Source: the human T2T-CHM13v2.0 reference genome, Homo sapiens
Length of the DNA: 64,000 nt
Assembly: GCF_009914755.1 (NCBI RefSeq)
Contig: NC_060936.1
Strand: one strand, 5' to 3'
Within the stretch, counting starts at the first letter, position 1. Each line of letters opens with the position of its first letter. Below, in pieces: positions 1 through 13,083 of this stretch. The translations under genes were made by a program, and so were the position numbers. Below the pieces are notes generated by a model. The model had not been told where the DNA came from. It ran no database searches and worked only from the letters and a program-made list of their open reading frames with translations.

Positions 1-591
1 CATTGGAAATCAAGGGAATTAAAATATAAATTATAACGAATTCCCTCAAGCTGCTCTAACACATATTCTCAATAATTCTCTCTTGATAATTTATCTTAAG
101 GAAATAAAGTTTTTTTAATGTTTAAGATTATCAGCAAAGATAGTAATTGAGCCTTGACTTTGCTATTTGTTACAGGTAAAATGGGAAAGCATATATCTGA
201 AATATCTGATCTAAATATCTGAAAAAGGGAGATAGCTCAATCAAGTGGGATTATTTCCATTTGATGAAATCTTATAAATCCAAAATTAAGGTTATGAAAG
301 ATACATAATAATGAGACAACTGCCTATGTTATTATGTTAGGTGAAAAAAATAAAAATTATACATGGAGTATGAATAAATTCTACAAAATAACTATGTCAT
401 TAGAAAGCAAAACAAACTTTTTAAAATATCAGAATGTTTAGAATGGATGTATTAGCTTTTTAGACATGCACCCTTTTGTTTTCCTTTGTTCGGAAGGCTT
501 AATGTTTTCTATTTTAAATTTTCTATAATGAGCACGTTACTTTTATGAAGGACAAATACTTTAATAAAATATGAAAGAACAAGCACCTTGG

Positions 592-896
<305 letters not shown>

Positions 897-1094
897 AAGA
901 ACAAGCATCTTAATCTATTGTTCAAGTAGATAGCAGGATAATTATGGTAACCAACCAATTATCCATAATTATTGAATAGAACTCAACATGTAAACTTTCA
1001 AGACATAAAACTTAAGAAAGGAATAAAGTAGAGAAAGATCACTTGCATGGAGTCTATTACATATAATATTTCCATTATGAAATATTCAAATATG

Positions 1095-1148
1095 ATATTT
1101 GATGAATATATTATATATTTGACAAATATATATTATATATTTGATGAA
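1095..1148. repeat. Short AT-rich tandem repeat (about 20-22 nt, about 2.5 copies)
   Basis: atatttgatgaatatattat / atatttgacaaatatatattat / atatttgatgaa. Confidence 0.6.
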
Positions 1149-1164
1149 TTCATAATATAATAGT

Positions 1165-1340
1165 ACATTTACTGAGTACTTTTGTGGCCTGAGAAATTCA
1201 CATATAGCATCTCATTTAATTCCCACAGTGAGATGGGGAGGGTACATGATTATGTTTATTTTACAGATGAGGAGAGTGACGTCATCAAGCAGTGACTTTG
1301 GAGTTTATTACCCAAGGTTTCAATGCCAGTTAATAGTAGA
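1165..1340 (-). mobile_element. MIR fragment
   Basis: catctcatttaattcccac...ttttacagatgaggagagtga...cccaaggt resembles the antisense MIR core. Boundaries approximate. Confidence 0.65.
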
Positions 1341-1694
1341 TAAATTCTTTACAGGGCCATTTGTGCTATACTGCAATGTTATCATCTCTTATGTCAACGT
1401 ATAGAATTATAAGACCATGCTAAGATGGTATGATGACATTCTATGGTGATGTCATTTCTCACCCACAAAGTTTTATTATAGCTCTTCCAAAAAACGAGAA
1501 AGAAATGAAACTGTGTTGTAAAGTATACTATAGGATTGCAAAATGCTTCACAATATTAGGATGATTAAATCAATTCAAGTAATATGGTGTGTCCTTACTC
1601 CAGAGTTATGAAAATTTGCAGAAAATAAAGAGCTTGGCATCATGCTGGGCACATATGTGCTCATTAATGCTAGTGCTGTTATGACTGAAGCTCA

Positions 1695-1890
1695 GTGTTT
1701 AACAATTACATTCCTGACCAAGCACTGGGCACTTTTCTGCATATTTTTGTCAGTTCCTGAGTCCTGTGCAGAAATAACATTACCCCTATTTTACGGATAT
1801 AAGATTTAAGGTTCCAATAGTTTAAGTGGCACATTGAAGTCCCTATGACTAGTAAGTTGGCAGAGCAAGAATTTGAGCCTCTTCTGACAC
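1695..1890 (-). mobile_element. MIR fragment
   Basis: ccaagcactgggcac...cctattttacggat...ctagtaagttggcagagcaagaatttgagcct. Boundaries approximate. Confidence 0.6.
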
Positions 1891-2326
1891 CCCAGCTCAC
1901 AATATCCTTGTTCTTTCAAAGATATGCTCTTACTAAATGTGAGCCTTGTGGGTCTCCAGTGGTGACACAGACCCAGAGCCAGATTGCTGATATTATGGAG
2001 GACTGCTGGTGAAGAAATCCAGGGAGCTCTGATCATTGTGTTCTTGAAGGCCCCAGGGAGGAAGGGCAGCTTGAGAACCGGAAAGGAGCTCATGGAGAAG
2101 TTAGTAAAAAGAAAAGGGGGAGGCAAGGCACCAGACCTCACCCTACATGGTGTTATTTACACTATCTCACTTGTTCCTTCTAATAACTCAGTGAGATTGT
2201 ACAGATGTGAAAAGTGAAGAAACTGTAACTCAAAACCAAAGAATCAAGACAATAACCAGAGTGGCCTTGCTGCAGGGGTTCCAGCCCTGACCACAGTGCT
2301 TCACCTAGGAAGGCTGGTCAATCAAC

Positions 2327-2648
2327 TTTTTTTCTGTCCTTTTCTTTTTTTTTTTTTTTTTTTCTTTTGAGACGGAGTCTCGCTCAGTCGCCCAGGCTGA
2401 AGCGCAGTGGCACTATCTCTGCTCACGCAAGCTCTGCCTCCCGGGTTCATGCCATTCTCCTGCCTCAGTCTCCTGAGTAGCTGGGACTACAGGTGCCCGC
2501 CACCACGCCCGGCTAATTTTTTTGTAATTTAGTAGAGACAGGGGATCACCGTGTTAGCCAGGATGGTCTCGATCTCTTGACCTCGTGATCTGCCTGCCTC
2601 AGCCTCCCAAAGTGCTGGGATTACAGGCATGAGCCACCGCACCAGGTC
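2327..2648 (-). mobile_element. Alu, AluY-like
   Basis: Diagnostic gcaagctctgcctcccgggttcatgccattctcc and ccgtgttagccaggatggtctcgatctc. Flanking repeat (ggtc)aatcaac on both sides. Confidence 0.95.
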
Positions 2649-2939
2649 AATCAACATTTTTCAATACAAAAATGAATAAAGAAGGGAACACTGGCCTTTG
2701 GTTAGTTTTCAACTTCCCTTTTCTCATCTGTGCCCCCTTTTTTTGTGTATGGAAATAGAATCCACTTTAAAAAAAAGTGTTTATAACTAGGTCATGCTTT
2801 GCTAAGGCGACGTATAGTTATGTAAAATTAGCATACATTCTTTTCAATCTGTCTTTGTATAGGACTCTAGAAGCCACAAAAGCAAGATGATAAGAATTGA
2901 ATTAAGATGTAGATGTAGGGAGTAGACAATGCCATAGAT

Positions 2940-3155
2940 TTTAAACAGTGACATGGATTTGGAACAAGGCACACCCAGCCCTACTGCAGATTATCTCCTT
3001 GAGCATGAGGTGACTTGTGCTGCACTCTCTGCTCCTCAGTGTCATAATCTAGAGAGGATTACTATGGCCTAAAGTTGTAAGGATTTATTTACGGTTTTAT
3101 AAAGTAACTAGCACATAATAAATGCTCAGTGAATTGTGACAATGGGCATTTATTA
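2940..3155 (+). mobile_element. MIR (degenerate)
   Basis: ctctctgctcctcagtgtcataatct...gttgtaaggatt...gcacataataaatgctcagtgaatt. Confidence 0.55.
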
Positions 3156-5899
3156 TTTTAAAATTATAATAAAAACAATATCCTGGAGAATGATTAAAAA
3201 TATGAAAAAAATTTTGAATAAGGTATATAAATAAAGGGACAAATTAAGGGAAGAAGAGACACAGTAAAAACCTAGGATTAAGAAAAAGAGGACTGTAAAC
3301 CTCTTTACATGTAAACAAAAAGATCAGAGAAAGGGGATAATTGCAGGAGGATGGAAGATTATAGGTAACCTTACAAATAAGAGAGTAGACATTGTGCTCA
3401 ACAGTCTAAACAGTTCTTTAAGGGAAAATTAATGGATTGTTTCCATTATTCCATTATTTCCGTAAGTACACGCTCACTTAACTGGGTAAATCACAGGGGC
3501 TTTTCTCTGTAGCTACAAATCTCAACATGGCTCATCTTGGAGAACTCTGTAGTGTCTATGAAGTTTGTGTTGTGTGAAGATAAATTGAATACACACACAC
3601 AAACACATTGGTGGGGCAGGGAGAGAAACAGTTTCTCCAGTCTTACCTATTTTGACTTGGCAAGCAAATCCACTTTGAGGTTCTTGTTTGCAATTTATTC
3701 TTCTGCCTTAATTAAAACAATTGCTCTCAAAGCTTGTGTGCCCTGCTATTAACTATTCTGTGCTTTGCTTGACACATCTTGAAATGAATATCTCAGAAAA
3801 GCCCATTGAGATGGTGTGGGAGCACACTGAGAAGACCTGGAGCTCTCCTAGGAAAAGGATGTTTGGGCTCTTTGAGCTGCCTCTCTCCATTCTCATTACT
3901 GCTCTAACTCAGTCTCAGAGGAACGGGCTCCTTTCTTTAGTTACTCAGAAAATGTGTTTGAGTCCTCTTGTCTACCTCATCTCTTTCCTTACAACTCCCT
4001 AGTGTAAGAATGCACCCCATTCTATAAATGAGGCTGCTCACCTCTGGATCTCTAATGAGGTTGTATTCCTCGTCTAGTTGCATCCTTCTCTTCCTCTTTA
4101 AGTGATAAAACCCTGAAGATAGTTTGAAGCCCATCATGAACTTACTTTCTCTTTTGAAGCATTCTTGATCCCTGTTGAATCTGTGTGTTACTTAAACCTA
4201 TGATGAAATTGTGTTACCTTCCATTCCTTGTCCCTCCCCCGATTCCTTCTCTCTCCCTTATAGCTTCTCGCCTCCTCCCCAGTCTCCCCGCTTCTTCTTA
4301 GCCGGCAGAAATTCCCACACCCTGTCAGACAGTCATCATAACTCCCTCAGTGGTTTTCTGGCATTTCATAACCCTTTTGCAAAGAGTCAGGGGAGAAATA
4401 AATTCAGTAAAGTACTTCAAACCTTCCTGACCTCCTTTCCAGTTGAGCACAGGGCCCTGGCCTTCTGTTTCTCTAATCTTCTTCACACTAGACACCTTCC
4501 TTGCCACCTGTCCAAATCAGGACAAATACTTGGTCTCGTGTTCACTTAGGAACAAATCCAGGGCCTCCCAGTCTCACAATAAGCAGTCCAGATTGATCTC
4601 TTGGGTATCTTTTCCTTGTTCACCAGCCACCTGTTTTCTTGGCCGGTAACTGTGGCACATTTATCACATTAGGCCTGTCTCACGAAAACCAGCATTTACT
4701 AACTTAGGCTGCCAAGGACATAAAAACACAAAGCAACAAAACGAATAAAGGGAAGGCTAGAGAGATTAGTCTGAAAGAGCGAAAGCATATTTGAAATGCC
4801 ATGGTGACTCAGAAAAAGACACTCAGCAAGGCTCCTTTCAGAGAGGCAGAAAGAGAAGAACCCCCTCTGTATTTTTAATTATCTCAGAGAATTAGTGTTA
4901 ACAAGCTACCACTCTTTAGTAGTATCCCCTACCTACAGCTAGTCTAAAACCTGACTGCTGTGTTATCATCAACCCTCTCTTACCAGGAGTGTGTTACTAC
5001 CCTCTTCTAGTAGAAACACCCCATAAGTGACTTGCTTCAATTCCCTTTTATGCACTCATCTTGTTACCACTAGATGTGACTAAAACCAGTTAGCCCAATT
5101 ACTTCCATCTTGGCTTTTCCCCATTTCTAATCATCAGAATCTTTGAAAAAGTCCGCAGGTACAGATAGTTGCTTCCGGGATGCTGGCAATGTTCTGTTTC
5201 ATGATCCAGCTGCTGGTGGAACAAAACCAAACCAAAATTACCTCCATTCAGAAATAGAAATGATGCATTCAGCCTGTGATACCTCACACCTCCTTTTCAA
5301 GTTTAGATGAGTTTTGGTGTGAAACTATCTCTGTAATCTCCTCTCTCCTCTAATAAAATGGAACTTCTTCAAGGATAAATATTGTGTTTATCTTTGTATG
5401 CCCACTGCAAGTACTACTATATTTTGTGTATAGTAGACACAATATTAATTTGGGGGGTATATTAACCTATGAAAGAAACTATCTTCTGTTTTCAGATTAT
5501 TTCCTCTTCTGTTCACAGTCTGTTGAATTTATTTCACAATACAATAGCATATAATAGGTATTAGTAGACAAATTGCATAGTTTGAATTGTTCCGAAATTA
5601 AAATATATTTGAAGGTATGATTGATATCTGGATTTTTTGTGTTTTCCAAGGGAAATTCAGAGTCCTAATATCAGAGCCACCATGTTGCTCAAATCCAGAA
5701 ACCGCCATTCATAGAAACTTCACTGTGAATGGTACCTTTGGGAAGCATGTGTGGCCGTTTACTGCACCTCTGCCTAAGATCACTGCAAGATATGGAAATA
5801 TGAATAGGAAAATTTCTGGTGATAAATGCTGGATAGGTTCTAGCTTGCTCTTGAAGATGAGAGCCACATAGAGATATTATTAATATTAGTTGGTTCAGT

Positions 5900-6330
5900 C
5901 CTTTCATTGAACATACATTTATTAAATCTCCAAAGTGTGCCAATAAGTAAGAGAGAAGACCACTGGGATATCTGGGGAAAGAACATTGCAGGTAGAGGAA
6001 ATAGTGAGTGAAAAGACTCTGAACCAGGAGCCATTGTTCCTCTGATGTATTACAGGAACAGTAAGAGAGGGTGGGGAAGAACCTGTGCTGATCATAGCAA
6101 GCTGTGTAGGCCAGTGTAAGGGTTCTTGAATCAGCTGTAGAATAACAATCCGATTTCCATTTTACCAAGATCACTCAGACTGCCGTTTTGAGAACACCCT
6201 CTGGATAGAAGTATGGGCACTATTTAGGAGGTTATTGCTGTCATCCAGGGTGATGTGGTGGCTTGAGACAGAAAGGTATCACTAGAGTTCAGATGATTCT
6301 GGACACATTTCTGTGATCAAATGTCATCTT
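5900..6330 (-). mobile_element. L2 fragment
   Basis: ttcattgaacatacatttatt (L2 3' end, antisense) and ggggaaagaacattgcaggtagagg...aagatcactc...gaggttattgctgtcatccagg. Confidence 0.65.
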
Positions 6331-7328
6331 CCAAGGACAACCACTTTAATGCAAATGCTGTTTTCTAGTTGTTTTATAAAAAAGATTTTTATTTGATTTT
6401 GAACAGTTTTAAAGCTACATATGAATGATTCTTTTCTAAAGAGAATTGTATCATGACACCTATTGCAGATTGTTTTAGCTCTTTAGTTGCATTGATCCTG
6501 AGTGAATTTTTATAATATTTTAGTAAAAAATGCCAGTCACAATTAATCTAGGGAGTTTATATGTAGAATTTTTACAAAGCAGGATTTGAGCCTATGGCTT
6601 AAGGCCAGCTTACATTTTTATGGATTTCTGCATTGCAGACAGCTTTTTAAATCCAGGAATTAACGAAAGATTGGTCTTCACAAGCTTGTCATATTGAAAT
6701 GTTGGTAAAAATCTACTGAGTACTTTAAATGGTTCAGTGAGAGAATTGTCCAGAGAAGAAATGGTATTACTCTGATGTTGAAACAGTTCAATACAAAACA
6801 ATTGCTCTTTCCCTTTTCCCACTTTAGCCCATGAGGAGATTTTATGCTCTTTGTCTCTGGATCTCTAGAGAATGCTTCCTTATTTTATATCATCTGGTTT
6901 TCCCTACTCAAATTACTTTAAAAAATAATTTCTCATCTCATTTTTTTCATTTTTTTCTCCCTGTAATTTGTGATAATTAAGATGATAATAAGCTTGGGTA
7001 AGACAAATTACAACCAAAGAAATGAAGTGTAGTAGCAACAGTACACACATGAGAACAAAATAAATTTTACTTACGCTGTTTGTGCTTTTTTAATTTGTAA
7101 TTCGACTCAGTTATCAAATCATAGAATGTGTTTGCTGTATATGAAAAAGAAGTGGTTTCTCAGAAATCTGTTGTTCCCTGTGAAGGATAAAACTTTTACC
7201 TTTCCTTATTTTAATGACTTTTAGAAAGTAAACTGATATTCAATGAATGTCTTATTTATATACATGTATCTATCTATACACATATGTGTAAACTAGTCAT
7301 TATGCCCCATAATTAGGGAAGACAATGC

Positions 7329-7391
7329 TGTTATAGATAGCTGGTCGCTTATAGGGCAGGAAAGGGCTCCTTCACACACACACACACACAC

Positions 7392-7423
<32 letters not shown>

Positions 7424-7866
7424 CAGGAGTGTCTGGCGACCATCAGGAGATGATCAGGCAGTTTTTAACTGTTTCTCTAAAGTAATAATTGTTCACAGGT
7501 GGCACAAGGGAAAGCTGGTTCCTAATAGACAGAAAACACCTGAAAGTGATGCTCAGCACCTTCCTGATAAGATCTCAGGAGTTGTGCGAGTGGGGAGAAG
7601 TAACATATCACCCCAGAAGTATGCCAGCCTATAAAACCCCAAGTCAAAAGGTCAAGCCTCACACTTGCCTTTCAAGTCACCCACTTAGCCCTCTCCCAAG
7701 TGTACTTTCCTGCCTTTTATTACTGTTCTAAAGCTTTTTACTAAACTGTCACTTCTGCTCTAAAACATGCCTCGGTATCTCCTTCTGCCTTATCCCCCTC
7801 TGTCGAATTCATTCTTCTCAGGAGGCAAGAACTGAGGTTGCTGTAGACCCATACGGATTCGCCACA
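7329..7866 (+). mobile_element. Solo ERV1 LTR, MER50-like, with internal deletion
   Basis: TG...CA termini and perfect 4-bp TSD ATGC (7325-7328 / 7867-7870). TATAAAA at 7630-7636. The 3' end gaggcaagaactgaggttgctgtagacccatacggattcgcc resembles MER50. Confidence 0.85.
7373..7422. repeat. (CA)n microsatellite inside the LTR
   Basis: About 24 CA units with one CG interruption. Confidence 0.95.
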
Positions 7867-7974
7867 ATGCCAGATGCAAATGATTACCAGAAGAGCTCAG
7901 CCTGCTAGCTAATCCCAGATGTCATCAGTGTCCAGAGTATGGTGAAAAACATTTATTTTGTTTTTCCCATAAGA

Positions 7975-8157
7975 CACTGATTCTCAAAGTATGGACACTG
8001 AACTGGCAGCATCAGCATCACCAGGGAACTTGTTAAAAATGCAAATCTCAGGCACTATCCCAAACCCACTGAATCTGAAATTCTGCGGTTGGTGCCTTGC
8101 TCTCTATTTTAGTTCAAGTCCTCCAGGTCATTCTGTTGTGCTCTAAAGCTAGAGACT
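7975..8157 (+). mobile_element. MER5A-type hAT-Charlie MITE
   Basis: gattctcaaagtatgg...cagcatcagcatcaccagggaacttgttaaaaatgcaaatctcagg...ctgaatctgaaattctg...ctccaggtcattctg. Confidence 0.8.
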
Positions 8158-10334
8158 AATGAAAAAGGTAACTTTGCAGGCCCTGTAGAATCCATCAGTC
8201 TAGACAGACTCTCCAAAGTGCCTGCCGTAATCGAGTTTCTCTTTCCTTTAGTCCTGGCTCTACCTTGTAGTATACCTGCACTACCTGAGCCTCATTAGCT
8301 GTTCCTACTCACTGAAACTTGGGGCTTGTCTCAGTCTTGATGGGCTTAACGGTAATTCTTCAGGGGAGAGCACCTGTCTTTCTTGCCATATTTATTACTT
8401 CTGCTAGCAGCGATTCAATGCCTTATTGTACAAATAGTTCAGTTCCCAGTAGTGATGAAGATGAGAGGACCGAGATCCACATTCTGCCACATGTACTAAA
8501 AGTGGGGTGACCATATTGGGACAATTCTGATTTCCACCATTGCTTCAGCATAATTAATACTCCTTTTACTCTTCTAGGTGCTCTAATTTAGTTGGTAAAT
8601 TATATTTCAGTGAACCTAAATCATAAGCAATCCTAACATTGTTGGAAACTGGTCTAAGAAGGCGTCACTAAGAAGGAAATGTTTTGGGCATAAAAATGAA
8701 AGCTATCTTTTTACAATAGGTAGGCCAGACAGAACTGGAGATTGGGATGGGACAAACTTAGAGGCTGAGAGATCTTAGTGGCTGCAAGTTCCAGACAAAG
8801 ATGGGAAGCAGTAGGTTCCACTATGGGAAGCCCAATTAATAGTTTGAAGGGGCTAGTGTCTGGTGGAAGTGGTAATAGATAAAGCTGATGGGAGAGGGGT
8901 GATGTGAGGTAAAGTATTCCAGAGGGGCAAGGGAAAATTTTGTTTCTTATTGTTGCCCCAATAACATATCACTTTAGGTTCTTTGAGTAGTTCTTAGGAA
9001 GAAACCTACTATTCTTTGTTTCCCTGTACAAACACAAGTTCTATGTATTCGAAATGTTTATTGCTCTATTTTCCATCAGTTCTCGGCTATATTTCAATGT
9101 AATGTAGCAGAATAATAATTTACTTTCACTTTTGTTTGAAATATTCAAATTCAGTTTAAAAAATACCAGCCAGATGATTCACATTCCATAATATTCTGTG
9201 CCTTTATCACATAGCAGAACACTAATGTGGGACTATTGAGATTTGTGGCCTGTTGAGAAGAGAATAGAGGAAAATATCCAGATATCTAACTGATGTGTTG
9301 TGATATTGTTTTTCTGAATATTAATATGGTGAATGAATTTTGCAGTTATAAAATGATCATATCGGAATTTTTTTCTGTCACCATTTACCCTACTAAAAAT
9401 TATATGTTCCATGTAGTTTTTGGAAATTGTTTACAAAGCACATGTTGCATGGCAAAGCTAATTTAAAACATAAAGAAATATTACTAAATGATGATAAAAA
9501 TAGTTAATTTGATTTTACAAAATTAACAATATTTCCTTTTTTGTTGTTGAACAGCAAAGATGCATTTGGCATTGCTAAAGCTTCGAAGGCTTTGCCCTGG
9601 ACATTGCTTGTAAAGGGACCCCTTGTTATGGGTATCATTACTTAATTGTTACATTTTTCTAACTATTAATATAGATTACATTTCAGAGTTAATAGCTGCC
9701 TGTAAAGGAAAAGAACAATTAATAATTTCCTACATTATCCTTTGTTTGAATACCACATAATGTATTAATGCGTTTGCTTAAATATTATGTTTTGAATACA
9801 AGTAGTAATTAATATTGTGTTTTAATTTAAAAAGCAGTTTATAATAACTATAACTGACTGAAGGATGGGGTTAGCCTGGCAATCTTTATGAAGCTATATA
9901 TGAGGAGATAAGAATATTTCATTATGCCACAGATTATCTGATTCTTATTTTACTGTTATATAAAAAAGCACCATATATTTAAATTTCATTTCATATCTGT
10001 ATCTGTAGAGTTAGCATATACAAGTATTTCATAAGTAATGTGTTTTTTATTTATAAATGTAACTTATTTATAATTCTGTTTTCTTAATTTTCTAACCCAA
10101 GAATTAGTGTTTATTTGTTCTGGGAGATAAGAAAGCCACAGAATGTTAGGCGACAAACTAAGAAAGTGATATGAAACTTTTTGTAGAAATAGATGAGTGA
10201 TCTCCAAGTCTTAGTCTTAAAATTTTGTCACTTGCTTTTGAAAAAAACAGAAAGTCTTTATAATCGTAGGCTTACCTTTACTCAGCATTGTTTACTAACT
10301 GAAGTTTAGAAATACTTAAATGCAAGCAGTGGCA

Positions 10335-10667
<333 letters not shown>

Positions 10668-10784
10668 TAGAGGTATTTCTTTTTTATTGAAGAAATGGTC
10701 TTTTGCGTTGGAAGACAATTTGTAATATTCATTAAATAAACAGTAAATAATGGGCTCTTTGGCCACCAGAGAGCATTTAGCATT

Positions 10785-11634
10785 TTTATTTTTTTTGTTT
10801 TTATCTTTCCCTTTTATTTTAGGTTCACGTACAGGTTACACATGCATGATACACGTGTGGGATACACGTGCAGGTTTGCTATGTAGGTAAATTGTGTGTC
10901 ACAAGGGCTTGGTGGACAGATTATTTTATCACTCTAGTAATAAGTATAGTACCCAAGGGGCAGTTTTTTGATCTGCCCCCTCCCAACTTCCACCCTCAAG
11001 TAGCTCCTCGTGTCCATTGTTCCCTTTTTGTGTCCACATGTACTCAATGTTTAGCTCCCACTTATAAGTGAGAACATGGTGGTGTTTGGTTTTCTGTTCC
11101 TGTGTTAGTTTGCTTCAGATTATGGCCTCCAGTTCCACCCGGGTTACTGCAGAGGACATGATCTCATTCTTTTTTGTGGCTGCATAGTATTCCATGGTGT
11201 GTGTATACCACATTTTCTTTATCCATTCTACCATTGATGAGCATTTAGGTTAATTCCACGTCTTTGCTATTGTGACTACTGTTAACAATGAACATATACA
11301 TGCATGTGTCTATGATAGAACGATTTCTATTATTTCGCGTATGTACACAATAATGGGATTGCTGTGTAAAATGGTAATTCTGCTTTAAGTTCTTTGAGAA
11401 ATCAGCATACTGCTTTCCACAGAAGCTGAACTAGTTTACATTCCCACCAGTAGTGTATAAGCCTTCCCTTTTCTCTGCAACCTTGCCAGCATCTGTTATT
11501 TTTTGACTTTTTAATAATAGCCATTCTGACTGGTGTGAGATGGTATCTCATTGTGGTTTTGATTTGCATTTCTCTAATGATTAGGGATATTGAGCATTTT
11601 TTCACATGCTTGTTGGCTGTGTATATGTCTTCTT
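10785..11634 (-). mobile_element. 5'-truncated L1 (old L1PA, about L1PA15/16): 3' UTR plus ORF2 C-terminus
   Basis: ORF 11402..11605 ([33 protein letters not shown]...CWQGC...WWECKLVQ) is the L1 ORF2 cysteine-rich end. Old L1PA-type 3' UTR and T-rich tail. Confidence 0.92.
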
Positions 11635-12574
11635 GACATTTTCAAAGTTTTATGTTTTTGTGTGCAACTCAGAACTTAATCATTTTTATAACTATTTTTA
11701 GTACTTTTAAATTCTTGAACTTTAAACAAACATGAAACCTCAAACAGGAAGAGATAATAATTATACCACAACTTGAAAAACCTGGAAACTATATGGATGG
11801 CTTCAGCGTATGTTTGTCATCCTTTAATTTGGTTTTTATTTGAATATCCGTATCAGATAAGGCTTAGCATTACTACCGTTACTGTTCAATCTCAATTAAA
11901 AAAGTGGCCTATTGTCTCTGTCTGTATATTTATGGCATTAAAATTGGGCCTAACTTTTGTTTTCTTTACCCTCACAATATGTTTCTGGGATAGCATTATA
12001 TAATAATTTTTGAGGTACATTTGAAAGAGTTCTGTGACTCTGTCTGCAGTAATTCTAACCTTGTAAAGCTAACCTGAAAGTAATCTCACAAATCTGAACT
12101 TGTTAATATTTATTCCATAATTATTATTAAATCTAATTGAGTAAATTAATGCTTAATCTACCTTCCTATGTTTATCAGTAATTTAATATTAAATATGAGA
12201 AATGCATATTCATCAATATGAATATACCTGTTTGTACATATGCGTCAGAGACAGGAGCTAATTAATGTAATAACAATGGAAATCAGCTCAACTCATATTT
12301 GTAATATAGCTTTAAATTTATTCATCATATATCTTGCTGAATAGTCTATAGACGATTTCTTTTTAAGAAAAAAAAATGTTTAAGTTAGCAAATAGAAACC
12401 TTGAAATGTTCCATAGTTAAGCAAAAAGCATATAAATAATCTCTAAATAATGAGTATGTTATTAAATCTTAGCTTCAAATCACCTTTACCACTGTACTTA
12501 TTTTTCTTTAATAACAGCTTTATTGTTTCATGGGATTTTCTGAGTTGAAGCTCACTGGTTTTTATACTTTTCAG

Positions 12575-12689
12575 GTCAGTTTCTTCTGGAAGAAGCTCGT
12601 CTCATAGAAGCAGCTGAGATGGCAAAAAAAGCAGCTGAACTAGACAGCACAGAGTTTGATGTTGTCTTCAATGCTGCCCACATGCTCAG
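12575..12689 (+). CDS. TMTC2: TMTC2 internal coding exon (probably exon 10), TPR region; 115 nt, phase 1 to phase 2
   Basis: Acceptor tttttatacttttcAG (AG 12573-12574) and donor AG|GTtagt (GT 12690-12691). Translates (G)QFLLEEARLIEAAEMAKKAAELDSTEFDVVFNAAHML(R), which I recognise as TMTC2 C-terminal TPR sequence. Joins the next exon in frame. Confidence 0.95.
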
Positions 12690-12850
12690 GTTAGTTTTTT
12701 TGCTGCTGTGCCTCAAAGCCTAGGCTTTGAGAGGGTAATTAATTATACGAATTTTCCCATCATACACCTTATTCCACATTCTCAATGTGAGTCAATCACG
12801 CTGCTTAACTATGTAAAAAATTAGAAATATTGTATTCATTATAGGCTATT

Positions 12851-13083
12851 CAAGCTTATCCAGCCGGTGGCCCATGGGCCACATGTGATCCAGGACAGCT
12901 TTGAATGCATTCCAATGCAAATTCATAAACTTTCTTTAAACATTATTATGAGGTGCTTTGCTTTTTCTTTCTTTTTTTTTTAAGCTCATCAGCTATTATT
13001 AGTGTTACTGTATTTTATGTGTGGCCCCAAGACAATTCTTCTTCCAATGTGGCCCAGGGAAGCCAAAAGATTGGACTCCCCTG
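12851..13083 (-). mobile_element. MER30 hAT-Charlie MITE
   Basis: caagcttatccagcc...aagctcatcagctattattagtgtta...gtggcccagggaagccaaaagattggactcccctg. Confidence 0.85.

Noticed and set aside
160-180. AG|GT motifs at 174-177, 29628-29631 and about 44201
   Set aside because: Short pyrimidine tracts and poor donor halves (GTAAAA, GTACTT, GTATAT); expected by chance in 64 kb.
5689-6174. 161-aa minus-strand ORF
   Set aside because: Overlaps L2-derived sequence, no recognisable domain, no exon context.
9480-9830. Repeat-free, TAAT-rich stretch that looks like a conserved enhancer (similar at about 22400-22780)
   Set aside because: Conservation cannot be judged from one sequence, and AT-rich DNA gives these motifs by chance.
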